Origin: Candidatus Hodarchaeota archaeon
Lineage (GTDB): Archaea; Asgardarchaeota; Lokiarchaeia; Sigyniarchaeales; SOKP01
DNA: 64,000 nt
Direction: 5' to 3'
Assembly: GCA_048886685.1 (NCBI GenBank)
Contig: JBHLKM010000001.1
Location: forward strand, 128,001 to 192,000
Position 1 is the stretch's first letter. Every line of letters begins with the position of its first letter. This document shows positions 17,217 to 26,708 of the stretch, piece after piece. The notes beneath the pieces were generated by a model. It searched no databases. It had not been told where the DNA came from and worked only from the letters and a program-made list of their open reading frames with translations. The position numbers and the translations under genes are program-made.

Positions 17217-17476
17217 ACTAAATTTATTATTTTAAAAATTAAAGTAAGTTGTTCCAATACCAGATTAAGAATGAAAAACTCAAAAAAAATTTTTAGTTAT
17301 ATAAAATGTGAAAAATAAGGATGTCATTCTTTTTGTGATAGATCAGCATCACTTTTTTTTCACAGAAATTTTTATTAATAATTATTTCAAATTTTATAAT
17401 TGAATTTGCTTTACTTTAATTAGATTAATTATTAAAATATATTTTTAAATGGAAATATCATTTTGTGATCTTTTAA

Positions 17477-19981
17477 ATGCATAAAATTAATATAAGTCAA
17501 GATAGCAAAAAAGAAGGACCAAGATTTCCTATTGCAGAACCTCATGATCTCTCTCCTCGTTCGAAATGGCTTAGAGATTATTATTTTAAGGGAATCAAGC
17601 GAGAGTGGAATAACCAATTTATGCCATTTACAACAGGAACAGATTGGGATATTGTTTTCCATGAAGGAGATTTTTATGTAACACCTGAATTGTATTATTA
17701 TATCCAGATATTAGGAAAAAATGATAATGGTGTATTTGCTTCATCTTTTAGATCAATGGCTATACCAGTAGAATTATCAGATAACTTTTGGGAATTATCT
17801 CTTCCCGAACGGAGGGCCTTATTTTTCGAAAAAGTCATGCTTGATTATATTCCTCAAGAAATTATTTCTGAAAATGATTTAATCGCAGGCGGAAGATTTA
17901 ATACACAACTAAGCAAATGTTTTAGTAAAGAAGAAGCAAAAGAATATTGGAAAAAAAATATAAGAAATCGAGAAGCTATTTTTAATTTTCATAAATCTGG
18001 TTTCGGAAATCTGGGAGCAACTTCAGGTCATATTATTCCGGATTATGAGACTGTTGTTAAAGAAGGATTTAAATGTAGATGTCAAAAAGCTAAAAAAATA
18101 TATGACAATCTAAGTGAAGAGGAAAAAAATGGTTCAAAAGGAGAAGAACTTAGGGCAATGATGATATCGGTAGAAATTCCAAGAAAACTAGCAAAAAAGT
18201 ACTCTGAAGAATGTCGAAGATTGAAAGTAGAAGCCACTAAACCTGAAAGAATTGAAGAACTTGAACAAATGGCAAAAAATTTAGAGAGAGTACCATGGGA
18301 ACCTGCTGAAACTTTTTGGCAAGGAATTCAAGCAATTTGGCTTATTCATATGCTAGTAATGGCTGAAGAATCTTATCCTGGAGCAGGCCTTTCTTTTGGA
18401 AGAATTGATCAATACTTGTGGGATTTATATAAAAAAGATGTTATTGAGCAAAAGATAATTACAAAAGAGTTTGCAAAAGACATTTTAGGAAGTTTCTGGT
18501 TTCATTGTAATACTGTATATGACGCAATGATTAAAGCTGGCAAGCAAGGGATAACATCAGCATTTGGTCAAATTATAACACTCTCTGGTTGCGGTCCAAA
18601 TGGAGAGGACTTAACAAATGAACTAACATACCTTATGCTTGAAGTTATAGATTCTTGGTACCCAAGCCTCGAGCCCAAACCGAATGTAAGGATTCATAGA
18701 AATACTCCTGATAGGCTTTTAGATGTTTTAGTAGAAATGATTTCAAAAGCTCAGGGCTCTCCATTCATTCTAAATTTTGATGAGAGGAGTATTGCTGGTT
18801 TGATTAAAGAGGGCATACCCAAAGAAGAAGCATGGAATTATGGAGTAGTAGGCTGTTTAGAAAATACTATGCAAGGCAATGACAGAAGTGGGACTGTAAA
18901 TTGTAATCCTAATTTAACGAAATCTATAGAATTAACATTGTGGAATGGGCAAAATATGCCTGGAAGTAATATAACTACTAAAATTGGTGAACAAATTGGA
19001 CCAAAATCAGGAAATCCCGAAAAATTTCAAACATGGGAAGAATTTTATAATGCTTGGAAAAAACAAATCAAATTTATCATTAAATACACTGTAGATGTCA
19101 ATAATTTGTGTGAAGAACTTCGAGGAAATTATATTCGTACTCCATACTTGTCATCTATGGTGAGGGGATGTATAGAGCAAGGTTTGGATATTACAAATGG
19201 AGGTCCCGAATTGAGATATGTTACTGTTGAAGGTGTGGGATTTGCGACAACAGTAGATTCATTATTGTCAATTAAAAAGCTTGTTTATGAAGATAAGAAA
19301 TATACAATAGCACAGATTAAAAATGCTATTATTAATAATTTCAAAGGATACGAAATAATGCAAACTTACTTAAAGAATAAAGCCCCTAAGTATGGAAATG
19401 ATGAAGATGATGCAGATGCATTAGCTAGAATGGTAATGGAAATGTGGACAGAAGAATGTTGGAAATATAAAACACCAACCAATTACCAATATCGTCCGGG
19501 AATGTTATCATGGAACTATTGGGCAGGAGTTGATGCTAGTTATACAATAGCTACTCCAAATGGACGAAATAATGGATCATTTCTGTCAAATGCTATTTGT
19601 CCTACTGATGGAGCTGATATAAAAGGACCTACAGCAGTGACCAATTCTGTGGGTAAAGTATTAGGAGGCAAAACTGAATCCGGAGAATATATTAATTGTT
19701 TACCAAATGGCGCAAGTCATACTATAACATTTAATCCAGCCTTAATTAGAGATCCAGAGCATAAAAATAAATTAAAAGCTTATTTAAGAGGTTATATTGA
19801 AAATGGGGGTAGTGCTCTACAAATCAATATTCTAGATGCAGAGATGTTAAAAGATGCTCAAAAACATCCTGAGAATTATAAGAATCTTTTAGTTAGAGTT
19901 ACCGGTTACAATGCATATTTCACTACTATTGGTAGAGAATTACAAAATGAGATTATCGCAAGAGAATCTCATGGAATCTAG
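17477..19981 (+). CDS. Glycyl radical enzyme (PFL2/eliminase-like, substrate unknown)
   Basis: GHIIPDY, SFGRIDQYL, Cys loop VVGCLE, P.YGND, TPNGR, LQIN and C-terminal LLVRVTGYNAYF glycyl motif. Confidence 0.92.
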   Translation: MHKINISQDSKKEGPRFPIAEPHDLSPRSKWLRDYYFKGIKREWNNQFMPFTTGTDWDIVFHEGDFYVTPELYYYIQILGKNDNGVFASSFRSMAIPVELSDNFWELSLPERRALFFEKVMLDYIPQEIISENDLIAGGRFNTQLSKCFSKEEAKEYWKKNIRNREAIFNFHKSGFGNLGATSGHIIPDYETVVKEGFKCRCQKAKKIYDNLSEEEKNGSKGEELRAMMISVEIPRKLAKKYSEECRRLKVEATKPERIEELEQMAKNLERVPWEPAETFWQGIQAIWLIHMLVMAEESYPGAGLSFGRIDQYLWDLYKKDVIEQKIITKEFAKDILGSFWFHCNTVYDAMIKAGKQGITSAFGQIITLSGCGPNGEDLTNELTYLMLEVIDSWYPSLEPKPNVRIHRNTPDRLLDVLVEMISKAQGSPFILNFDERSIAGLIKEGIPKEEAWNYGVVGCLENTMQGNDRSGTVNCNPNLTKSIELTLWNGQNMPGSNITTKIGEQIGPKSGNPEKFQTWEEFYNAWKKQIKFIIKYTVDVNNLCEELRGNYIRTPYLSSMVRGCIEQGLDITNGGPELRYVTVEGVGFATTVDSLLSIKKLVYEDKKYTIAQIKNAIINNFKGYEIMQTYLKNKAPKYGNDEDDADALARMVMEMWTEECWKYKTPTNYQYRPGMLSWNYWAGVDASYTIATPNGRNNGSFLSNAICPTDGADIKGPTAVTNSVGKVLGGKTESGEYINCLPNGASHTITFNPALIRDPEHKNKLKAYLRGYIENGGSALQINILDAEMLKDAQKHPENYKNLLVRVTGYNAYFTTIGRELQNEIIARESHGI

Positions 19982-20029
19982 AAATTTTTATTAATTTTAT
20001 ATTAATACTTAAGTCTAAAAAAAATTTTA

Positions 20030-21019
20030 ATGATGACGACATCTGAAGCTTTAATTTTTCAAATTCAGAAATTCTCAACTGAAGATGGCCCAGGAATCAG
20101 AACAACTGTATTTTTTAAACATTGTCCCTTAAGGTGCATATGGTGTCATAATCCTGAATCCATACTTAAAAACCCTCAACTTGAGTGGTTTAAGCATAAA
20201 TGTATAGGATGCAAGACATGTTTAGAAACATGTCAACATGAAGCATTATCTTTTGATAAGAATGGGCTAAATATTGATAGAGATAGATGTACACAATGTG
20301 GAGAGTGTGTTGTAGAATGTCCCTCTACTGCATTAAATATGTTGGGTAGATGGTGGAAGTTAGAAGATCTTTTTTATGAAGTTGAAAAAGATAAGGTTTA
20401 TTATACTGAATCTAATGGAGGAATAACTGTTTCTGGTGGTGAACCCACCCAACAAGCTGAATTTGTCGCGGATTTTTTAAAAAAATGTAAGGAAAATGGA
20501 ATATCTACTGCTATAGATACATGTGGATATGCATCAAAAAGGATCTACGAATTAATTTTACCATATGTAGATTTAGTGCTTTTAGATATAAAACTTATAG
20601 ATTCTGATAGACATAAAGAATTTACAGGAGTTCCTAATGAAGTAATATTGGAAAATGCTATTTGGATTTCTAATTATTTAAAAGGAAAAGGCAAAAAAAT
20701 GTGGATAAGAACTCCAATTATCCCTCATTATACCGCTATTGATGATAATGTTAAAGGAATTGGAGACTTCATTGTAGAAAAATTACAAAATTTTCCTGAT
20801 AGATGGGATCTGCTGAGTTTTAATCGGTTGTGCACTGAAAAATACTCCAGATTAGATATAGATTGGATTCTTAAAGATGAACCATTACTGACAAAAGAAG
20901 AGATAGAACATTTTCTTAAAATTGCTGAATCTACAGGAGTTAAAAACCCTCGTTGGTCTGGATTAATAAGGAGTATTGAAAATAATCCAAATAAAGAATT
21001 AAAATCAACTTCTAAATGA
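20030..21019 (+). CDS. Glycyl-radical enzyme activating enzyme (radical SAM with ferredoxin insert)
   Basis: DGPGIRTTVFFKHCPLRCIWCHNPES, two CxxCxxCxxxC ferredoxin motifs, GGITVSGGEP, DTCG, LDIK. Confidence 0.93.
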   Translation: MMTTSEALIFQIQKFSTEDGPGIRTTVFFKHCPLRCIWCHNPESILKNPQLEWFKHKCIGCKTCLETCQHEALSFDKNGLNIDRDRCTQCGECVVECPSTALNMLGRWWKLEDLFYEVEKDKVYYTESNGGITVSGGEPTQQAEFVADFLKKCKENGISTAIDTCGYASKRIYELILPYVDLVLLDIKLIDSDRHKEFTGVPNEVILENAIWISNYLKGKGKKMWIRTPIIPHYTAIDDNVKGIGDFIVEKLQNFPDRWDLLSFNRLCTEKYSRLDIDWILKDEPLLTKEEIEHFLKIAESTGVKNPRWSGLIRSIENNPNKELKSTSK

Positions 21020-21063
21020 TGATATTTATTAAAAAAATGATTAAATAATTAACTTGAGGAATT

Positions 21064-21942
21064 ATGAGTGATAATATTGATAAATTTGGTTGGATTTCTG
21101 AATTTTCGGATAAACTTATAGAATTTACTCAACCAGATGTGATGGTAAAATTAATATCAACTATAGATTCACGTGATTGGCCCCATATTACAATTATTAC
21201 ATCAAATCGGGCTATAAGCAGAGATCAAATAGTATGGGGACAGTTCTTTATGGGTATTAGTAAGGAAAATGTGCAAACAAATCCAAAACAAGGAATGTTA
21301 TACATGACTGCAGAGCCTCCTTTCAAGTTCATCCAAGTAAAAGCTAAATTTGATCATTCGAAAACCGAAGGAGATGACCTTGAATATTTTAATCGATCAG
21401 AATTTATGCGGTATTTTACATATATAAACGTTTATAAAGTTTTTTATAACAAAGTTGTATCTGTGACTCCCATTAGAGATTTACCACCGGGTATTATACC
21501 AAAAAAAACGCTTAGAATCATTAAAAATGAAGCAAAAACCGGACTAGATGAGAAACGATTAAATGTTATAGGATACAAACTATTTACAAATCCTATAGGT
21601 ATTAGAGCGATTGCATATATTGATCCATCAGATGGTTATCCTATTATTCTCCCAAATCTTCAGCTCAATGCTGTTGATCATAATAGACTCTTTTTTCCTT
21701 TAACAGCTTTAAGAGAAGATTTGTTGCAGATTCCTGTTGATTCAAAAGTTGCGATAATTAGCGCTAACTTTGATATGGCTAGCCAAGTAGTAAAAGGAAC
21801 ATTTACTAGTATTCAAAAAGTCGAAGATATTGAATATGGATTAGTAGATATTGAAGAAATTTATAATAGTTCACCCCCTATTCCTGGTAAAATTTACCCT
21901 GAAACTGAAATAAGACCGAAAGTTACTAAATTTACTCTCTAG
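21064..21942 (+). CDS. Tandem pyridoxamine-5'-phosphate-oxidase-like (split-barrel flavin-binding) protein
   Basis: Two repeats: KLISTIDSRDWPHIT...SKENV..NPK...IEE and RAIAYIDPSDGYPII...IEEIYNS.PP. Confidence 0.65.
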   Translation: MSDNIDKFGWISEFSDKLIEFTQPDVMVKLISTIDSRDWPHITIITSNRAISRDQIVWGQFFMGISKENVQTNPKQGMLYMTAEPPFKFIQVKAKFDHSKTEGDDLEYFNRSEFMRYFTYINVYKVFYNKVVSVTPIRDLPPGIIPKKTLRIIKNEAKTGLDEKRLNVIGYKLFTNPIGIRAIAYIDPSDGYPIILPNLQLNAVDHNRLFFPLTALREDLLQIPVDSKVAIISANFDMASQVVKGTFTSIQKVEDIEYGLVDIEEIYNSSPPIPGKIYPETEIRPKVTKFTL

Positions 21943-22010
21943 CTTCTTTCTCTTTCATAGAGAAATTAAAAATGACAAAATGAAGAAAATAACAAAAGTA
22001 ATAATATTAA

Positions 22011-22715
22011 ATGAAAATGTTTGATTATCAAGATTTTGGGCTGAAGAAAGATAATTTATATGAAATTATTGCTACAACTTATTCAATAAATTCAGAAAAT
22101 AAAGCTATTAAGCCTAATGCTTCCTGTATGGGTATTAGAATGATAGAGGGAAATCAAATCCAGATATCGCCTTTCTATAGTACCGCAACCTATAAAAACC
22201 TTAAGGAATATGGTACGATTGCAATTAATTTCGTTGATGATGTTTATTTATATGCTCTAGCAGCTTTAAAAGAGCCATTTTCCCCTATTGGATTGACAGA
22301 TTTTCCTTCAAATTATTATGATTTTAAATATTTAGAATCTCGTATGAAGGATGTGCCTTATATTAAGAAGGCATGGGGAATTCTAATTGGTGAGGTTTCA
22401 CATGAATTTCAAAAAACTAAGTTAGATAAATTTGGAGAAGCTATAATACCAGTGTTTAAATTAAATGTTATTTATTCTGAAAAATTTCAAGAGTCGAGTA
22501 AATTATTCAATAGAGCTGAAAATCTAGCTTTAGAAACAATTATTTTAGCAACCCGTTTAAAAATTGCCAAAGAAAACAATAACCAACCTCTTCTTTCTAA
22601 AATCCATGAAAAAATAATCGATCATATGGAAAATATTGAAAGATTTGGAAAAAATAAAAATGCACTAAAAACTATAGAATTAGTGAATAAATATATAAGT
22701 AGAATAATAGGTTAA
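22011..22715 (+). CDS. DUF447 family protein (split-barrel, associated with methanopterin gene clusters)
   Basis: YEIIATT...PNASCMGI, S.TYKNL...G...INF.DD, FNRA...LE..ILATRL. Confidence 0.75.
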   Translation: MKMFDYQDFGLKKDNLYEIIATTYSINSENKAIKPNASCMGIRMIEGNQIQISPFYSTATYKNLKEYGTIAINFVDDVYLYALAALKEPFSPIGLTDFPSNYYDFKYLESRMKDVPYIKKAWGILIGEVSHEFQKTKLDKFGEAIIPVFKLNVIYSEKFQESSKLFNRAENLALETIILATRLKIAKENNNQPLLSKIHEKIIDHMENIERFGKNKNALKTIELVNKYISRIIG

Positions 22716-22728
22716 TCCGATTATTTGA

Positions 22729-23124
22729 CTATTGCATTTCTTTAATTTTTTCAATGTACATAAGAGGATACTGCATTTCTTCGATCCAATCAATTTTTGC
22801 ATTTACTTCAATATTCTCATATCTAAGGACTACTTCTGCGCGAATAATCTTTCCTGTAATCTCGTCATAATCGAATTCTGTGAATTTAGTTCCTACAATT
22901 TTATCTCGATCCAAAATTATTCGAACAGATTTAACGAATGGTTGACATGAAATAGCTGCTTCAAATCCTCTTTCTATGGAATCAATAATCTTTTCATCCG
23001 AACTTATAGGAATACCAGAGAGGATATGATAAAGGGCACCTAACTTAATACCTGTTTCAAAACAAGCCCTTTCTCTTGTACTTAAATCAGGGGAAAAATA
23101 TATTTTTTCATTGGATTTAGGCAT
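22729..23124 (-). CDS. mptD: Archaeal dihydroneopterin aldolase
   Basis: RERACFETGIKLGALYH...G.P, E.AI..QPFV..V, Y.E, YPLMYI. Confidence 0.88.
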   Translation of the reverse strand: MPKSNEKIYFSPDLSTRERACFETGIKLGALYHILSGIPISSDEKIIDSIERGFEAAISCQPFVKSVRIILDRDKIVGTKFTEFDYDEITGKIIRAEVVLRYENIEVNAKIDWIEEMQYPLMYIEKIKEMQ

Positions 23125-23129
23125 TTACA

Positions 23130-24140
23130 TCAGTCAATATATTCGATTTTTGCTCCACTATTATTCGGTTTACAGATATAGATATGACCTCCTCCATTTT
23201 TTTGGTTTTTTTGAACTGCTTTTAAGAGATCTTCTGCTTCTGTATCGGATTCCACGATTCCTACAACACTAGGTCCAAATGAGGACATCCCATATGCTTT
23301 TAAACCATAATCTTCAAAAAATTTCAAAAGATTTTTAACAACATCATGTTGAAGTTCAATTTCAATTTTTTTAAAACCTAAGCTCTGAATTCTTTTTAAA
23401 CCTTCTCCAAAGCCTTTTAAATTGTTTTTAATTAGATTTGGAATGATCTTCATTAATATCTGATGAGATACCTCATTTACCTCGTTTTTAGGAATTGGAG
23501 CATAATTTTGAAATACACTAATCTCCTCATCCCCATACGCTCCTTTCTTTACATTAGGGATTACTAAAATAAATCTCCAATTTTCAGGAATATCGTGTCT
23601 TGAAATAGTTAATGCTGGATTAGCAGAAGACGCAGCAGATGATGGTAAAAAAGTCTCTTTCTCTTTACCTTTACCAAAATCATGCCCACCATCTAAAATA
23701 AAACCTCCAGTTTCAAAACCCCTCCATCCAATCCCAGAAGTACCTCCTCGTTCTACTAGTTGTGTTAATTGTTCAGTAGTTAATCGATTAAGACTCTTTA
23801 ATTTTGTTATTGCACAGGCAATTGCCAAGGATAATTGAGTTTTTGAACCTAATCCTACGTGTGAGGGGAAGTACCTTTTTAGTTTGAAGTGAAAATTTTT
23901 GTTACTGATATTAAATGTTTTGAAGACTTTAGAAGCGATTTCATTTATTACTTCAATGGATTCTCGATAATATCTATGAGTTTCAATTTTAAATTCTCTT
24001 GCACTATTTGAAGCTTCAAGTACTACATTAGGACGGTCTAACATAAGTCCAATACCACCATCAACCCTGCCAGTATAACCATTCTCATCTATTAAAGAAA
24101 GGTGTATCCGACAGGGGGTTGTAATTCTTAAAGAAGTCAT
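23130..24140 (-). CDS. mptG: Beta-ribofuranosylaminobenzene 5'-phosphate (RFAP) synthase, GHMP family
   Basis: TPCRIHLSLID.NG..GRVDGG.G, HVGLGSKTQL.LA, RGGTSGIG..GF..GGFILDGGH, GFKKIE, GMSSFGP. Confidence 0.9.
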   Translation of the reverse strand: MTSLRITTPCRIHLSLIDENGYTGRVDGGIGLMLDRPNVVLEASNSAREFKIETHRYYRESIEVINEIASKVFKTFNISNKNFHFKLKRYFPSHVGLGSKTQLSLAIACAITKLKSLNRLTTEQLTQLVERGGTSGIGWRGFETGGFILDGGHDFGKGKEKETFLPSSAASSANPALTISRHDIPENWRFILVIPNVKKGAYGDEEISVFQNYAPIPKNEVNEVSHQILMKIIPNLIKNNLKGFGEGLKRIQSLGFKKIEIELQHDVVKNLLKFFEDYGLKAYGMSSFGPSVVGIVESDTEAEDLLKAVQKNQKNGGGHIYICKPNNSGAKIEYID

Positions 24141-24360
24141 ATTTTTTATTTTTAGAAAGGTTTGATCAACTATAATTATGAATTTTTAAAATAATTTAAA
24201 TCTTTGATATGTATTTATTGGCAGAAAAGTGAGTTAATAGGCTTCTAGGGATGAATTTCCTAATAAAATGAGACCACACAATTCCTTTCGTAGAAAAAAT
24301 TCAGAAAAAAATATTGGTTTCATTGAGCAAGATATTTTAAAACTTCTTAATTTAGTTTAA

Positions 24361-25782
24361 ATGAATATAGATTGTTTTAAATCTAAAAAGGTTATATTCT
24401 TGAGTGATTTAGAAGGTTTAACCAGAAGGTTAATGAATAAAGGGATAAAAAAGGAAGATATTGTAACACGCCTTGTAGATGAATATCTTGATTTTAAAGA
24501 TATTGAAAAAAAGTCCGCAATCCCACTTGCTGAGGCAATTTATGAGGAATGTAAAAATAGTGATATAAATTCTGTGTCAGATCCATTTATAAGATATCTT
24601 TTAGATATTAATAAAGCTAATGTAACTGTTGGTAAACAAGGTGTAGGATGCAGAGGAATAGGAGATTTTTTCGTTCATAAATTAATAGCAGGATTATCAG
24701 AGACAGAAACTAAAGCTTTCTTAGCACCAAGTTCGCTAGATGATGCAGGTGCAGTTCGCTTGAAAGACATCGTGGGTTTTAGTAATACAGAAGAAGGTTT
24801 AATAATTGTTTCCAAAATGGAGGGTGTTCATTCTCGTCTAAGTGATTTCCCTTTTGTTTGTGGATTTCATGTAACCCGTGCTTGCCTTAGGGATTTATAT
24901 GTCAAAGGAGCAAAACCTATTTCAATAATGGTTGATACTCATTTGGGAGATGATGCTGATGTCGGCAAGTTATTCGATTTTATGGCAGGAGTTTCTACAA
25001 TTTCAGATTTAGCTAATGTACCAATCACCGCAGGTTCAACACTTAGAATTGGGGGTGATATGGTAATAGGAGATCGCTTAGTTGGGGGGATTAGTGCTGT
25101 TGGAGTCTGTGATCGAATTCTCGCTAGGAGAAATATAAAATTGGGAGACAAAATACTAATGACTGAAGGTGCAGGAGGAGGGACAATAACTACGACAGCT
25201 ATATATTCCGGAAATCATAGTGTTGTTAAAGAGACGATGAACATTAAATTTCTTGAAGCTTGCGAAGTTTTATTAAATTCTGAATATCTAGATGAGATTC
25301 ATGCTATGTGTGATGTTACAAATGGTGGTCTAAGGGGAGATCTCTATGAAATTAATTATGAAGCCAATTGTGGGGTCACAATTTATGAAGAAAAAGTAAG
25401 AAAGCTTGTAAATCAGAATGTTCTGGATTTACTCAAGAAAGTAAATGTAGATTATTTAGGGGTTTCTTTAGATGCACTGCTTATTTATTGTTCTAAAAAT
25501 GTCTCAAATAAGATTATTTCAGATTTAAAGCAAGTTAATATTAAATGTGCAGAAATAGGATATGTGGATAACTCAAATAAAGTTAAGATGGTATATGCCA
25601 AACATAAACAAGAAAATATATTACCTCGTTTTCGAGAGTCAGCATATACAAAGATAAAGCAAGAAATTGGCGAAGAAACTCCTAATTCTATAGAAGATAT
25701 GGAAAAAAAAATTGAAGAAACTGCCTTAAACGCAATAGAGAAACGTAAAAGAATAATAGAATTTATAAAAACGACAAATTGA
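24361..25782 (+). CDS. AIR-synthase-related (PurM/HypE/ThiL-like) protein, archaeal uncharacterised subfamily; probable start TTG at 24400
   Basis: GVGCRG.GDFFVH, DDAGAV, GVHSRLSDFPF..GFHVTRA.LRD, GSTLRIGGDMVIGDR, MTEGAGGGTI, DVTNGGLRGD, PRFRESAYT. Confidence 0.85.
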   Translation: MNIDCFKSKKVIFLSDLEGLTRRLMNKGIKKEDIVTRLVDEYLDFKDIEKKSAIPLAEAIYEECKNSDINSVSDPFIRYLLDINKANVTVGKQGVGCRGIGDFFVHKLIAGLSETETKAFLAPSSLDDAGAVRLKDIVGFSNTEEGLIIVSKMEGVHSRLSDFPFVCGFHVTRACLRDLYVKGAKPISIMVDTHLGDDADVGKLFDFMAGVSTISDLANVPITAGSTLRIGGDMVIGDRLVGGISAVGVCDRILARRNIKLGDKILMTEGAGGGTITTTAIYSGNHSVVKETMNIKFLEACEVLLNSEYLDEIHAMCDVTNGGLRGDLYEINYEANCGVTIYEEKVRKLVNQNVLDLLKKVNVDYLGVSLDALLIYCSKNVSNKIISDLKQVNIKCAEIGYVDNSNKVKMVYAKHKQENILPRFRESAYTKIKQEIGEETPNSIEDMEKKIEETALNAIEKRKRIIEFIKTTN

Positions 25783-25791
25783 AGTCTATTA

Positions 25792-26655
25792 TTAGCTTAA
25801 GTCAAGGACTTCATTCATTGATCCAGAGCGAAAACCTTCTAGATCAACTGTTATATAAGTAAAGCCTAGGTCTTTTAACTTATTCTTAATTTTTTCCATA
25901 TTTTCCTTTGTTAAAACTCTTGGAAGATCAGCTGGCAATAATTCAATTCTTCCAAGATTATTTTCATGCAACCTGACTCTCAACTGTTTTAGATTGAAAG
26001 TAATTTTTAAATACTTTTCTGCTTCTCTTATCATTATTAACTTCTCTTTATTAATGATTTGCCCATAAGGAATCCGGGAAGAAAAACAAGCCATTGAAGG
26101 CTTAGATTGAACTGTTAAATCATAAAATTTACTGAGTTCTCTTATTTCATTTTTGTTTATATTATAATCTATATATGGTGTAGAAATCTGTAAATCTTTT
26201 AAAGCTTGCATACCTGGCCTAAAGTCTGAAAGATCATCTATATTAGAACCATCTAGAATTACATCAAAGAGTCTTGAGTTTTTTATTTCCATTATATCAT
26301 TATAAAGACCAGTTTTACAGAGATAACACCTATTTGTAGGGTTACATTGGAATTCTGAGTCTTCTAATGGATCTCTATCCATTATCATGTGTTGTATGTT
26401 ATATTTCTCAGCAAACTGTTTAGCCTCTTCGATTTCTTCATCGGGATAGAGTATAGATTTTTCTGTTATAAGCAAAGTTTCTTTAGCATATTTACTTGAA
26501 AGAAAAGCTAATAATGAACTATCAACTCCTCCAGAAAAAGCTACTATAACTTTTTTTCCTTTTAAAAAGGATATAACATTTTCAAGTTTAGTATATAGGT
26601 TCTTGGTTAAACCCATTTTTATTCTCTTTTTTTTTTTAAAAGTGTTATGGCCCAC
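25792..26655 (-). CDS. larE: ATP-dependent sulfur transferase LarE (TIGR00268 family)
   Basis: PP-loop AFSGGVDS, RCYLCK, DGSN.DD..D.RPG, ACFSSRIPYG, LRVRLH, DLEGFRSGSMN. Confidence 0.88.
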   Translation of the reverse strand: MGHNTFKKKKRIKMGLTKNLYTKLENVISFLKGKKVIVAFSGGVDSSLLAFLSSKYAKETLLITEKSILYPDEEIEEAKQFAEKYNIQHMIMDRDPLEDSEFQCNPTNRCYLCKTGLYNDIMEIKNSRLFDVILDGSNIDDLSDFRPGMQALKDLQISTPYIDYNINKNEIRELSKFYDLTVQSKPSMACFSSRIPYGQIINKEKLIMIREAEKYLKITFNLKQLRVRLHENNLGRIELLPADLPRVLTKENMEKIKNKLKDLGFTYITVDLEGFRSGSMNEVLDLS

Positions 26656-26708
26656 ATTTTTTTAAAAAATTGAAAAAAAAAAAGGTTTTTGATAATAGTT
26701 TAAAATTT

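Noticed and set aside
17477-19981. Pyruvate formate-lyase or benzyl/alkylsuccinate synthase assignment
   Set aside because: No adjacent Cys-Cys pair as in PFL; GCLE loop and no small accessory subunits, so the substrate is left open.
24245-24360. Fluoride-riboswitch-like start (AGGGATGAATTTCCT) and a 30-codon ORF (24268-24360) before the AIR-synthase-like gene
   Set aside because: The downstream conserved riboswitch elements are missing and there is no fluoride-related gene; the ORF has no SD or recognisable features.
24361-25782. Selenophosphate synthetase (SelD) or selenoprotein read-through
   Set aside because: No N-terminal Cys/Sec-x-x-Lys motif; I saw no ORF in the window that continues convincingly through an in-frame TGA.
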